Shown: positions 19,232 through 28,354 of the stretch, piece by piece
Layout: each line of letters starts with the position of its first letter
Position numbering within the stretch: position 1 is the stretch's first letter
Assembly: GCA_963719165.1 (NCBI GenBank)
Contig: CAVRAV010000001.1
Span: 1,433,478-1,497,477 of the forward strand
Source: an uncultured Actinomycetes bacterium
Lineage (GTDB): Bacteria; Actinomycetota; UBA4738; HRBIN12
Length of the DNA stretch: 64,000 nt
Reading direction: 5' to 3'
Position numbers and translations under genes: made by a program
The notes under the pieces: model-generated
The model's input: the letters and a program-made list of their open reading frames with translations, nothing else
Database searches by the model: none
Told to the model about the DNA's origin: nothing

Positions 19232-19993
19232 CTACGAGAACCCCGGCAGGTGGCGGCGGAACAGCAGGAACCCGACGCCGGCGCCGACGTCGAGCAGGAG
19301 ATGGGCGACCACGAAGGGCCACGTGCGCCGCCACCGAAGGAAGAGGAACCCGAACAGCAACCCCATGAGGAGGTTCCCCATGAACCCGCCCCACCCCTGG
19401 TAGAGGTGGTAGCTCCCGCGCAGGAGGGCCGCCCCCGTCACGGCGGCCACGGCGGACCATCGGAGCTGCTGCAAGCGGGTCACGAGGTAGCCGAGCACGA
19501 TGATCTCCTCGAGCAGGGCGGCCGCGGCGGCATTGAGCAGAAGTGCGGGAACGGTCCACCAGTGCCCCAGGGGCGGCACGGGCACCACGAACCGATTCAC
19601 GCCGAGCGCCACCGCCCCGAGGTAGATCGCGAGCCCGCCCGCGGCCACGACGGCGAACAAGATGAGTCCGCGCCCGATGTCCTGGCGGGGTCGATCCGCT
19701 CCGAGGCCGATGGCGCCGATCCCCTCGCCGTCGCGCCGGACGATATGGAGGACGAGGTAGACGGGGGCGAGGCCGAACACGAAGCCCAGGATCTGCTTGA
19801 GGAACTCGTTGCTCTGGTTCCCCGCCGCCACGTAGACCCCGCGCAAGGGCGCGGAGAGCAGGTCGAGGATCGCGTACACCGCGCTCGCGAGCACCGAGAG
19901 CATGAGCACGACGAGCACCTCTTCGGCGAGCGTGCGCGGATCGGCGGGCGCCGGCGGGACGGGAGGAAGGGTCCTGCGGTCGGACAGACGCAT
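19232..19993 (-). CDS. CPBP family intramembrane metalloprotease (CAAX protease/Abi-like)
   Basis: Multi-TM protein with EEIIVLGYL, FVVAH and HLLLD motifs. The ATG at 19993 (MRLSDRR) lies inside the longer track ORF, whose first 166 codons are P/R/S-rich. Confidence 0.7.
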   Translation of the reverse strand: MRLSDRRTLPPVPPAPADPRTLAEEVLVVLMLSVLASAVYAILDLLSAPLRGVYVAAGNQSNEFLKQILGFVFGLAPVYLVLHIVRRDGEGIGAIGLGADRPRQDIGRGLILFAVVAAGGLAIYLGAVALGVNRFVVPVPPLGHWWTVPALLLNAAAAALLEEIIVLGYLVTRLQQLRWSAVAAVTGAALLRGSYHLYQGWGGFMGNLLMGLLFGFLFLRWRRTWPFVVAHLLLDVGAGVGFLLFRRHLPGFS

Positions 19994-20031
19994 CCCGCAA
20001 CGGTACGTCACGTCGGTATCGTGAGTGCGCG

Positions 20032-20295
20032 ATGACCGCCGGGAAAGCCCCCTTCGATCCAGAGACCCTCGAGGTCGGCGGTCGATACCGGGTGGACTAC
20101 CGCCACGATCGGTTGCGCCGGACGTTCCGAGCCGAAGGGACCTACCTCGGCACAGGCGACGGCGCGGCCGAGGACGGAACGCCCGTGCGTGTGCTTCGGC
20201 TCGAGGTGAAACCCCGGTTCGGCCGGTCGTCCGTGCAGAACGTCGACCCCAGCACCGTGGTGGACGTGTTGGACCTCGATGAGGAGTCCGACTAG
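20032..20295 (+). CDS. small hypothetical protein (87 aa) with an acidic C-terminus
   Basis: High third-position GC. The stop lies 2 nt before the start of the downstream oxidoreductase. No family recognised. Confidence 0.45.
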   Translation: MTAGKAPFDPETLEVGGRYRVDYRHDRLRRTFRAEGTYLGTGDGAAEDGTPVRVLRLEVKPRFGRSSVQNVDPSTVVDVLDLDEESD

Positions 20296-20297
20296 GA

Positions 20298-21515
20298 ATG
20301 CGGGAGCGTGCAGACCTGGTGATCGTCGGGGCGGGCACGCTCGGCGGCTGGTCCTCGGTCTTCGCCGCAGAGTTCGGCGTCGGTAACGTGATGGTGATCG
20401 AGCGCGAGACGGCCGGGCTCGGTGCCTCGGGCCGGGCGGCCGGCATGGTCCGCTCGCAGGGTGGCGCGCCCGACACCGTGCGACTCGGCACATGGTCGAT
20501 CGACTTCTACCGCAAGCAGCCGGAGCGCTACGCCGCGACCTCGGGGTTCGAAAGCGCGGGCTACGTGATACTCGCCTCGACGGTCGCCGACGAGCGCGCG
20601 GCACGAGAGCGGATCGCGATGCAGCACGAGGTCGGCCTCGATGTCCGCTGGGTCGATGCCGAGGAGGCCCGCGGCCTGAGCCCATCGCTCGGGCAGGACG
20701 GGTACCGGGGCGGTTCCTACGTCGCCATGGACGGCTGGATCGATCCGCCCCGCAACGTCCGCGCCTACCTACGTGCGATGCACGACGCCTCCGTCGTGCT
20801 GCGCGAGGGCGTGACGTTCCTCGGCCTGCGCACGCGCGCGGTCCGAGGAGGTGGCCGCGCGGTGACCGGCGTGGTGACGAGCTCCGGGACGGTGAGCACC
20901 CCGCGGGTGATCCTGACGGGAGGACCGGCGCTCCAGGCGGTCGCCGACGCCGCGGGGGCCCGCGCCCTCGTGGGGTACGCCCGCCATCAGGTGGTGGTCA
21001 CCGAGCCGCACGAGGCGCTCGCGACCGACCGGTTCGGCGCCATGGTCTTCGATATCCACGCGGGTATCTACTGGCGACCTGAAGAAGGCGGCATCCTCTG
21101 GGGCATGTCGAACCCGCAGGAGCTCCCCGGCCCGGGGCGGGCGATCGATTGGGACTACCTGCGGAAGATGCGGCGCCGGCTGAACCGACTCGTCCCGCTC
21201 ACCGCGGCATTGGGGATCAAGAAGGCATGGGCCGCCACCATCGAGTACACCCCCGATCACCTGCCGCTGCTGGGTCCGCTCGTGCTCCGCGACGGGAACG
21301 AACTCGGTGGCGTCACGATCGCGAGCGCCTGCGGGCACGGGATGATGTGGGGGCCGGCGGTGGCTCGCATCGCCGTGGACCACGCGATGGGCGTAGCGAC
21401 GGACGTCATCGAGCACGCTGAGCACTTCCGGATGGATCGTTTCGACGAGCACGGCCGCTCGCCGTTCATCGATCCGGTGGCGCTCCCCTTCCCGGTCCAG
21501 ATCGCAGGCGTCTGA
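20298..21515 (+). CDS. FAD-dependent oxidoreductase (DAO family; sarcosine oxidase beta / glycine oxidase-like)
   Basis: VIVGAGTLGGWSS Rossmann motif and length typical of the DAO family. Confidence 0.8.
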   Translation: MRERADLVIVGAGTLGGWSSVFAAEFGVGNVMVIERETAGLGASGRAAGMVRSQGGAPDTVRLGTWSIDFYRKQPERYAATSGFESAGYVILASTVADERAARERIAMQHEVGLDVRWVDAEEARGLSPSLGQDGYRGGSYVAMDGWIDPPRNVRAYLRAMHDASVVLREGVTFLGLRTRAVRGGGRAVTGVVTSSGTVSTPRVILTGGPALQAVADAAGARALVGYARHQVVVTEPHEALATDRFGAMVFDIHAGIYWRPEEGGILWGMSNPQELPGPGRAIDWDYLRKMRRRLNRLVPLTAALGIKKAWAATIEYTPDHLPLLGPLVLRDGNELGGVTIASACGHGMMWGPAVARIAVDHAMGVATDVIEHAEHFRMDRFDEHGRSPFIDPVALPFPVQIAGV

Positions 21516-21534
21516 GGCGAGCGGGCTCGAGCAG

Positions 21535-22008
21535 TCACCAGCCCGTGCCGGCGCACTGGGCGGCCGAGGCAGCGTCGACCTTGCCGTAGGTCACCGATCC
21601 GGCGTTCAACGCGGCGCATAGCGGGCCGGTGCCGCCCTTGGTCACGAAGACCACGGTCGCCGGTCCGAGGCCGCGGACGCTGACGCTTCCCGTGGTGGCG
21701 AGGCCGGCCGCATCGAACCGCGCCTGCGGGTCGAACTGCGCGGCCTGTGCGACCCCGTAGCCCAGCAGCGTGCCCTGTTCCGCGTACCAGGTCTGGGCGC
21801 CCACCAGCGCGTTCTTGAGTGAGAGCTCGGCCGACACGTCGTTGGTCCGCCCGATCGCGTCGATACCCGTCTGTGCGGAATCGACTTCCTTGCGGGAGAG
21901 GAATACGTAGGGGACCGCGGCGAAGGCGCCTACCACGACCAGGATCACGACCCAGCCGATCATGCTCAGCTCGCCGGCCTCGCCCCGGAACCTGATCGGG
22001 CGTTCCAT
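21535..22008 (-). CDS. single-pass membrane protein with a pilin-like alpha-beta motif and a C-terminal Cys pair
   Basis: TM MIGWVVILVVVGAFAAV, then SAELSLKNALVGAQTWYAEQGT, then C...C...W at the C-terminus. The start could be 22008 or the internal ATG at 21963. Paralogous to the 42837-43334 ORF. Confidence 0.5.
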   Translation of the reverse strand: MERPIRFRGEAGELSMIGWVVILVVVGAFAAVPYVFLSRKEVDSAQTGIDAIGRTNDVSAELSLKNALVGAQTWYAEQGTLLGYGVAQAAQFDPQARFDAAGLATTGSVSVRGLGPATVVFVTKGGTGPLCAALNAGSVTYGKVDAASAAQCAGTGW

Positions 22009-22059
22009 AGGGACGCCATCGGCGCGTCCCCGGCGCAGCTGTAGGGGGTTTTCGTGTCC

Positions 22060-22293
22060 TCAGAGGAGCAGCACGGGGCAGGTCAGCGTGCGGGTGATGC
22101 CCTCGAGCCCCTGCATGGGCATCACGGTGGCCTTCGCCAGGATGTCGAGGTCGGCGGCCTCGACGCGTGCCACCACGTCGTATGGCCCGGTGACCGGGTC
22201 GACCGCGACGACGCCGTCGATCCCCCGGATCTGTTCGGTGACCTGCGCCGCCTTGCCCACTTCGGTTTGGATGAGGATGTAGGCGTTCACCAT
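22060..22293 (-). CDS. stand-alone Lrp/AsnC ligand-binding (RAM) domain protein
   Basis: 77 aa. The pattern AYILIQTEVGKA...GIDGVVAVDPVTGPYDVVARVEAADLD...GLEGITRTLT matches the AsnC-type effector domain without an HTH. Confidence 0.75.
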   Translation of the reverse strand: MVNAYILIQTEVGKAAQVTEQIRGIDGVVAVDPVTGPYDVVARVEAADLDILAKATVMPMQGLEGITRTLTCPVLLL

Positions 22294-22362
22294 CTGCCGC
22301 TCCCTCTTTCGGCTGGCTACGCTCGCCAGGTCGTGCCCCGGGTCGCCGGCATCCTCGGCGGC

Positions 22363-22899
22363 CTAGCTCTTCGCCTTCCCGCTCAAGATGTCTTTGACCC
22401 TGTCGAAGAAGCCCCCCGTCGCGTCCTTGGCCTTGTCGGTCGCCGGACCAACCGCGTCCTTCGCTTTGAGCGCGGCGTCGCCCGTGGCGCCGAGCGCCTT
22501 GCTCGCGAGACCGCCCGCCGTGTCCACGGCCTTGCTCGTGATCGGGGCCGCCTTGTCCACCAGGCCGCTCGCCGTTCCCTTCGCCTTCTCAACCACGGGC
22601 GCGGCCTTGTCGGCCAAGGTTCCCGCCGCGTCCTTGGCCTTGTCGGCCGCGCTCTGTGCGCCGTCCCCCGTCTTGTCGGTCGCCGCTTGGGCGGCGTCGT
22701 TCGCCTTGTCGGCCGCGCCCTGGGCCGCATCCTTCGCCTTGTCCGCCGCGCCCTGGGTCGCATCGGCGGCCTTGTCGGCCGCGCCCTGGGCGGCGTCCTT
22801 CGCCTTGTCCGCCGCGCCCTGGGTCGCATCGGCGGCCTTGTCCGCCGCGCCCTGGGCGGCGTCCTTCGCCTTGTCGGCGGCGCTCTGTTCGTCGCTCAT
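22363..22899 (-). CDS. LEA-like 11-mer repeat protein (Ala/Lys/Asp amphipathic repeats)
   Basis: Repeats AADKAKDAAQG / AADKAADATQG. The ATG at 22899 (MSDEQSAADKAKD) is chosen over the track start at 22959. Confidence 0.65.
   Translation of the reverse strand: MSDEQSAADKAKDAAQGAADKAADATQGAADKAKDAAQGAADKAADATQGAADKAKDAAQGAADKANDAAQAATDKTGDGAQSAADKAKDAAGTLADKAAPVVEKAKGTASGLVDKAAPITSKAVDTAGGLASKALGATGDAALKAKDAVGPATDKAKDATGGFFDRVKDILSGKAKS
22684..22881 (-). repeat. three near-identical tandem 66-bp coding repeats (22-aa unit) inside the LEA-like gene
   Basis: Visible directly as a repeated GCCTTGTCCGCCGCGCCCTGGGTCGCATCGGCGGCCTTGTCGGCCGCGCCCTGGGCGGCGTCCTTC block. Confidence 0.7.
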
Positions 22900-23068
22900 C
22901 GTTGCTCCTTCACGAGTCGTGGGACCCCCCATCGTTCCGGGACCGGTGGATAACGGCAAACCTGCAGGTCAGGAGGCTAGTTCGAGGGCTCCGAGAGCGC
23001 GGGGATCGAGTGGTTCGCCGAGATGCGCGAAGTTGTCCGCTTATGATCGTTCTGCAACACTTCCGCGC

Positions 23069-24383
23069 ATGGCCAAGGTCACCATCATCGGCGCCGGCAG
23101 CGTCGAGTTCACCCGCAACATCGTGGCGGATCTCGCCTCCTACGAGGAACTGCACGGGACCCTGGAGATCGCGCTTCACGACATCGACGAGGAACGACTC
23201 GCCACGGCCGAACGAGCGGCACGACGTCTCGTCGAGCAGGTGGGCGCCGGGTACGACGTGGCGGCGTTCTTCGACCGTCGCGCCGCCTTCGACGGCGCCG
23301 ACTACCTGATCAACGAGATCCAGGTGGGCGGCTTCGCGGCGACCCTGACAGACTTCGAGGTGCCCAAGACCTACGGCGTGCGGCAGACGATCGCGGACAC
23401 CATCGGGATCGGCGGCATCATGCGCGGGCTCCGGACCATCCCGGTGATGGCGGCGATGGCCGACGACATGGCGGCGCTCTGCCCGCACGGCCTCCTGCTC
23501 AACTACACCAACCCCATGGCGATGGTCCCGTGGGGGATCTGGGCGGGATCGGCGTTCCCCGCCGAGCGCACGATCGGCGTCTGCCACAGCGTGCGCGACA
23601 CGCATCGGTTCCTGGCCGAGACGGTGGGCGTCGCCGAGGAGGATATCTCGTTCATCACCGCAGGCTTCAACCACCAGTGCTTCGTGTACCGGTTCGAAGA
23701 TCGCCACACGGGCGAGGATCTCTACCCCCGCCTGCGGGCGAAGATCGACGCGGACCGAAGAGGGGCTCGGCCGTCGCGTTCGCGTTGAGTTGTTCCGGCG
23801 GTTCGGCTTCTTCCCGACCGAATCCTCCGAGCACTCCGCGGAATACGTCCCATGGCTCCTGCACCACGACGACCAGGTGACGCACTTCCGCAGCGAGATC
23901 GACGAGTACCTGCGACGCAGCGAGGAGAACCTCCGCGAGTTCGACGAGCTTCGAGCCAAGCTCGATACGGGCGAGGAGCTTGAGATCGAGCTCAACAGCG
24001 AGCTTGCGTCCGAGATCGTGCGCGCCGTGGAGTCGGGAGTCGCGCGCGAGGTCTACGGGAACGTGCGCAACGCCGGCCTGATCGAAGGCCTCCCGGAGGA
24101 CGCGTGCGTCGAGGTCCCGTGCGTCGCCGGCAAGAACGGCGTTCTCCCCACCCGCGTGGGGCGTCTGCCGCTCCAGACGCTCGCACTCAACCGCACCTTC
24201 TTGAACGTGGTGGAGCTCACGGTGCACGCGGCGCTGGAACAGCGCCGCGACCTCGTCTACGCCGCCGCGCTCCTGGATCCGAACACGGCGGCGACCCTTG
24301 CCTCGGGCCAGATCGTGGCGATGTGCGACGACCTGATCGCGGCCCACGGCGACCTCATGCCCGAGGGCATCGCCAAGGGCTAG
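23069..24383 (+). pseudogene. glycoside hydrolase family 4 (NAD/Mn-dependent alpha-glucosidase/alpha-galactosidase-like) with an apparent -1/+2 frameshift near 23753-23760
   Basis: N-part MAKVTIIGAGSVEFTRNI...CHSV (23069-23788) and C-part FRRFGFFPTESSEHSAEYVPW... (TTG at 23790 to 24383) are both clearly GH4 but in different frames. Reading the C frame upstream gives ...EEGLGRRVRVELFRRFGFF, so the junction is at gacgcggaccgaagagggg. Confidence 0.6.
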
Positions 24384-25252
24384 CGATCCGCCGCGGCCCG
24401 TTCGCGGATACCGGCGAGGCCCGACGCGACGAACCGATCCTCTCCCGTGTCGAGGCCGTGAGCGACCTCGTGCCAGGGCATGAACAGGAACGAGAAGTGC
24501 GCCCTGCCGTGGAAGCCCGCATCGGGCGGCCCGCCGTACGCGGCGAGGGCGCGTTCCCCGGCGCCGGGGCGCGCGCCGAGGAACCAGGCGAAGTCCCAAG
24601 CGGGATCCCCGATCCCGGCCTCCTCCCAGTCGATCACGCCCGCGAGATCGCCCGACGGGCTCACGAGCACGTGCTCGGGGCCGAGGTCGCCGTGCGTCAC
24701 GCACGTCGCGAAGCGCCAGAGGGCGTCGTCGCCGAGGTAGGCGGCGAAGCTGCTCGCGAACGACGAACGTTCGTCCGGGCGCAGCAACGGGAAGACCCGC
24801 TCGCGCATCATCGCCAGCTCTGCGCGCCGCTCTTCGCGCAGGACCTCCGCCGGCCTGGCGCGCAGCCCCAGGTATTCGGGAGGAACCAGGTGGAGGTCGT
24901 AGAGGAACCGACCCAGCCGTTCGGGCCAGACCCCTTCCTCGCCCGCGTCGGCGACCGAACGTCCTTCGAGCTTGCGGTACCCCATGACCACCGGATCGAG
25001 CGACACGAGCTCGGGTTCGGGCACCGTGCCGCTCACCTCCGCCGCGATCTCCGGGAGCATGTCGATCTGCCCGCGCAGCGTCGCTTCGGCCGCCTCCCCC
25101 AGCGGGAACTGCAGGATCCAAACGTCGTTGACCTCGTACGTGGAGCAGGTCCAGCCCTCGCCGACCGGCGAGAAGGTCGCGATCCTCCCGAGCTCGGGGA
25201 ACCGAGCCTCCGCGAACGCCCGGTGCTCGGCAACGCGCGCCGCCTCGCTCAT
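24380..25252 (-). CDS. phosphotransferase enzyme family protein (APH/choline-kinase-like small-molecule kinase)
   Basis: HGDLGPEHVLV and IDWEEAGIGDPAWDFA (Brenner and DFG-like) motifs. The ATG at 25252 overlaps the upstream MFS stop (ATGA). Confidence 0.75.
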   Translation of the reverse strand: MSEAARVAEHRAFAEARFPELGRIATFSPVGEGWTCSTYEVNDVWILQFPLGEAAEATLRGQIDMLPEIAAEVSGTVPEPELVSLDPVVMGYRKLEGRSVADAGEEGVWPERLGRFLYDLHLVPPEYLGLRARPAEVLREERRAELAMMRERVFPLLRPDERSSFASSFAAYLGDDALWRFATCVTHGDLGPEHVLVSPSGDLAGVIDWEEAGIGDPAWDFAWFLGARPGAGERALAAYGGPPDAGFHGRAHFSFLFMPWHEVAHGLDTGEDRFVASGLAGIRERAAADR

Positions 25253-26490
25253 CCGAGCGGCTCCGGCGGCGAGAACGAGGGATCGGCCGGGACGTCGTCG
25301 GCGCCGGGGCGATCGAGCTCGGGGACGGCGAGCGCGAACCAGGCGACCGCGGCCCCGGCCAGCGCGAGCGCCGAGGCCCCCGTGTACAAGACCACGGGAC
25401 CCGCGTGTTGGTACACGAAGCCGCCGACCCCGGCGCCGAGGATGGGGCCGAGCCCGAACCCTACCGCCTGAGCGATGGAGTTCCCGGTCGAGTAGAGCGA
25501 GGACGGCAGGAGCCGGCCCACCACCACCACGCCGGTCGTGAACAGGAGGCTGAAGGCCAGCCCCTCGAAGACCGACAGCAGCGAGACGATGGTGGGGTCG
25601 TCGATGAGCCCCCATAAGAGGAAGCCCGTCGCGTAGACCAAGGCGCCGAGCACGTAGACCTTGCGCAGGCCGAAGCGTGCGTGCAGCCGGGAGCTGTAAC
25701 GCATCGTCGGGACCTCGATGAGGCCGCCGGCCGCGGTGCCGATCCCCACGAGCAGCGGGCCGCCGCCCTCGCTCACGATCTTGAGCGCGATGAAGTTCCA
25801 CGCGGCGTTGAAGCCGGTCCACACGAGGAACAGCGCCGCGAGGTACCCCCACAGCCGCGGCGCCGCGCGGAAGGCCGCGCCCACGGCGCCGAGCCGCCCG
25901 TCGCCCGAGCTCACGTGACGCGGGAGGTCCCGGCGCACGGTGAAGGACCACGCGAGCACCACGGCGCTCGACATCGAGAAGAACGGCATCGCCCAGCTCA
26001 CTCCCCACGCGCGCAGCAACGCGCCGAACGCGAGGCAGCCGACCGCATAGCTCAGGCTCTCCCAGGCTCGGATGCGGCCGTAGTCCGACATGCGCGCGTC
26101 GCCGAGGTGCTCGAGGGCGATGGCGTCCACGTTGGGTCCGAACGTCACCATGCTCCCGGCCAGCAGGAAGCCCACCACCGCCACCGACATCACGCCGTGG
26201 GCCGTCGTCATGACGAGCGAGAACAGGCACGCCCCCGCCACACCGATCTGCAACGTGGTCCTGCGGCCGAGGGTGGCGTCCGCGAGTTGTCCCCACAGGG
26301 GGTTCAGCAATACCCGCGCGAGCGCCATCGCCGCGATGACGAGGCCGATGTCGCTCCCGCTCAGGCCCTTGCTCTGATCGAGGTAGAGCGCGAGGAACGG
26401 GAAGAACGCGGCGATCACGAACCCCGACGTCAGGAAGAGGCCCTGCACCGCCACCGAGGGCGACGGGCGACGGTCTACGCGCCCACTCAC
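25249..26490 (-). CDS. MFS transporter
   Basis: 12 predicted TM segments. The proposed GTG at 26490 overlaps the amidohydrolase stop (GTGA). The track ORF extends further, to 26823. Confidence 0.8.
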   Translation of the reverse strand: MSGRVDRRPSPSVAVQGLFLTSGFVIAAFFPFLALYLDQSKGLSGSDIGLVIAAMALARVLLNPLWGQLADATLGRRTTLQIGVAGACLFSLVMTTAHGVMSVAVVGFLLAGSMVTFGPNVDAIALEHLGDARMSDYGRIRAWESLSYAVGCLAFGALLRAWGVSWAMPFFSMSSAVVLAWSFTVRRDLPRHVSSGDGRLGAVGAAFRAAPRLWGYLAALFLVWTGFNAAWNFIALKIVSEGGGPLLVGIGTAAGGLIEVPTMRYSSRLHARFGLRKVYVLGALVYATGFLLWGLIDDPTIVSLLSVFEGLAFSLLFTTGVVVVGRLLPSSLYSTGNSIAQAVGFGLGPILGAGVGGFVYQHAGPVVLYTGASALALAGAAVAWFALAVPELDRPGADDVPADPSFSPPEPLG

Positions 26491-27566
26491 CGGCCGAGCC
26501 CCGGCACCAGCCGGAGCGCGTTCTCCGCGTAAACCTTCCGCAGTACTTCGGCAGGCAGGTCGAGTCCCGAGATCGCCCATCGGCCCTGAGGCGGGACGTC
26601 GTCGGACGCGTACGCGAAGTGTTCGTCGTCGGTCTCGAGGAAGCGGAAATGCGTGATGTAGGTCTCCCGGTCCGGGGGGGATGCGTCCGTGCCGAACAGG
26701 ATACGGTCGGGGTGGCGCTCGAAGAGCCGACGAGCGGCGCGCGGCTGGCGACCGAGCTCCGCGATGCGCGCGGCGATGTCGACGTGAAAGTTGGGGTGGG
26801 CGTCGAGCATGCGCGCGACCCACGCCAGATCCTCCACGTACCCGCCGACATGTGCGCCGATGAACGTGGTGCGGGGGTGGCGCGCCACGAGGGATCCCAG
26901 CGCATCCACGATCGTCCGGAACGCCGGGAACCGGCTGCGGTCACCGAACCACCAGTCGGGATGCTCCGCGAGTTCCTCGAGGCGCTCGTTCGTCTCGTCG
27001 AGCGGCTGGAAGAACGCCGCCGGGTCGCCCACGTGGATCAAGACCGGTACCTCGGCCTCGGCCGCCGCGAGCCATAGGGGGTCGAGACGCTCGTCGTCGG
27101 GCATCACCAGAGCGCCGGCCTCATCGCGCACATGCAGGCCGAGGATCTTCCACACTTTCATCCCTCGGGCGCCGCGGTCGACGGCCTCGTGGAGCTGTGC
27201 GGCCATCCGCGACGCGAACGCGCCGCCGCGCGCAGGCTCGTCCCAATCCACCTGGCAGAAGGTGACGAACCGCCCGGGGTGAGCCCGGTCGTACCGCGCG
27301 AGGTTCGCCTCCAGTTCCCCGGCGCGGCCGTCCAGATTCACGATGCTCCGAACGCCGCAGGCGTCCATCAGCTCGACGAGGGCCCCCACGTCGGGCGCGC
27401 CCCAGCCCTCGCTCAGCCACCGTCCGAGGTGGTTGTGCGCGTCCACGACCGGGAACGCCGCCCGCTTCACGCCGTGCGTCGGGAGCTGGAGCGTTGAGCG
27501 CGGGCGATAGTCCCGCAGCGGGAGGTCGCGCAGCCGCTGCGGGAATGACGGGTCGTCGCGATCCAT
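26487..27566 (-). CDS. amidohydrolase family protein (TIM-barrel metal-dependent hydrolase, amidohydrolase-2-like)
   Basis: PVVDAHNHLG metal-binding start, then HVGD and the distal D/H residues. Confidence 0.8.
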   Translation of the reverse strand: MDRDDPSFPQRLRDLPLRDYRPRSTLQLPTHGVKRAAFPVVDAHNHLGRWLSEGWGAPDVGALVELMDACGVRSIVNLDGRAGELEANLARYDRAHPGRFVTFCQVDWDEPARGGAFASRMAAQLHEAVDRGARGMKVWKILGLHVRDEAGALVMPDDERLDPLWLAAAEAEVPVLIHVGDPAAFFQPLDETNERLEELAEHPDWWFGDRSRFPAFRTIVDALGSLVARHPRTTFIGAHVGGYVEDLAWVARMLDAHPNFHVDIAARIAELGRQPRAARRLFERHPDRILFGTDASPPDRETYITHFRFLETDDEHFAYASDDVPPQGRWAISGLDLPAEVLRKVYAENALRLVPGLGR

Positions 27567-27577
27567 CGACGCGGCCC

Positions 27578-28354
27578 TCAGACCGTGGAGACCTCGACCC
27601 CGGCATCGCGCAGGCCGGCCACGCCGCTCGGGTCGGCATCCACGTCGGTGATCAATTCGTGCACGCGGTCGACCCCGCAGATCTGTGCGAACGCCACCCT
27701 GCCGATCTTGGACGAATCCGCCACGACGACCACGCGGCGCGCGCGCTCGATCAGGGCGAGATCGGTGTGCGCCTCCACCTCGTGGTGGGTCGTGAGCCCG
27801 GCCCCGGCGGAGATGCCATCGGTCCCGAGGAAGACCACGTCGAGGTTCAGGCCGGCGAGGGATCGCTCGGCGAGCGGCCCGACGAGCTCATAGGACTCCG
27901 GCCGAGCGTAGCCGCCCGTCACCACGAGTTTCAGGTTCGGCCTGATCGCCAGCTCGCTTGCGATGTTCAGCGCGTTCGTGACCACCGTGAGCCGCTCACG
28001 GTCGATCACGGCGCGCGCGACCTCGGTGGTGGTGGTACCGCCCGTGAGACCGATGGCTCCCCCGTCGGCGACCAGGCGGGCGGCGGCCGACGCGATGCGG
28101 CGCTTCTCGTCTTGGTGCCGCGCGGACTTGTAGCGGAGGGGAAGTTCGTACAGCACGCCCTGGGCGACCGCGCCACCGTGCGTGCGCGCCAAGAGCTTCT
28201 GCTGCTCCAACAGCTCGAGGTCCCGGCGGACGGTGGCCGCGCTCACGCACAGCGTGGCCACGAGCTCCGTGACCCCTACCGTGCCGTCGGCGGAGAGTTC
28301 CTCGAGGATCGCGCTCAGCCGCTCGGCCTGTCGCATGCGCAGGAGTATAGGCAT
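27578..28354 (-). CDS. DeoR/GlpR family transcriptional regulator
   Basis: N-terminal HTH (RLSAILEELSADGTVGVTELVATLCVSAATVRRDL) plus a DeoR C-terminal sugar-phosphate sensor domain. Confidence 0.85.
   Translation of the reverse strand: MPILLRMRQAERLSAILEELSADGTVGVTELVATLCVSAATVRRDLELLEQQKLLARTHGGAVAQGVLYELPLRYKSARHQDEKRRIASAAARLVADGGAIGLTGGTTTTEVARAVIDRERLTVVTNALNIASELAIRPNLKLVVTGGYARPESYELVGPLAERSLAGLNLDVVFLGTDGISAGAGLTTHHEVEAHTDLALIERARRVVVVADSSKIGRVAFAQICGVDRVHELITDVDADPSGVAGLRDAGVEVSTV

Noticed and set aside
19148-20491. long ORFs 19148-20035 (+) and the 5' extension 19994-20491 of the CPBP ORF
   Set aside because: Low-complexity R/P/G-rich translations. The CPBP protein has a clean start at 19993 with membrane topology beginning there.
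22388-22959. plus-strand 5' part of ORF 22388-23788 and ORF 22656-23309
   Set aside because: Mirror-image Ala/Pro/Ser-rich reading of the LEA-like repeat gene on the opposite strand. The true GH4 start is the ATG at 23069.
24104-26944. very long composite ORFs (24380-26944 minus, 24104-25471 plus, 25681-26532 plus)
   Set aside because: These fuse or shadow three real genes (APH, MFS, amidohydrolase) whose boundaries are set by 4-nt overlaps and homology. The plus-strand ones are antisense artifacts.
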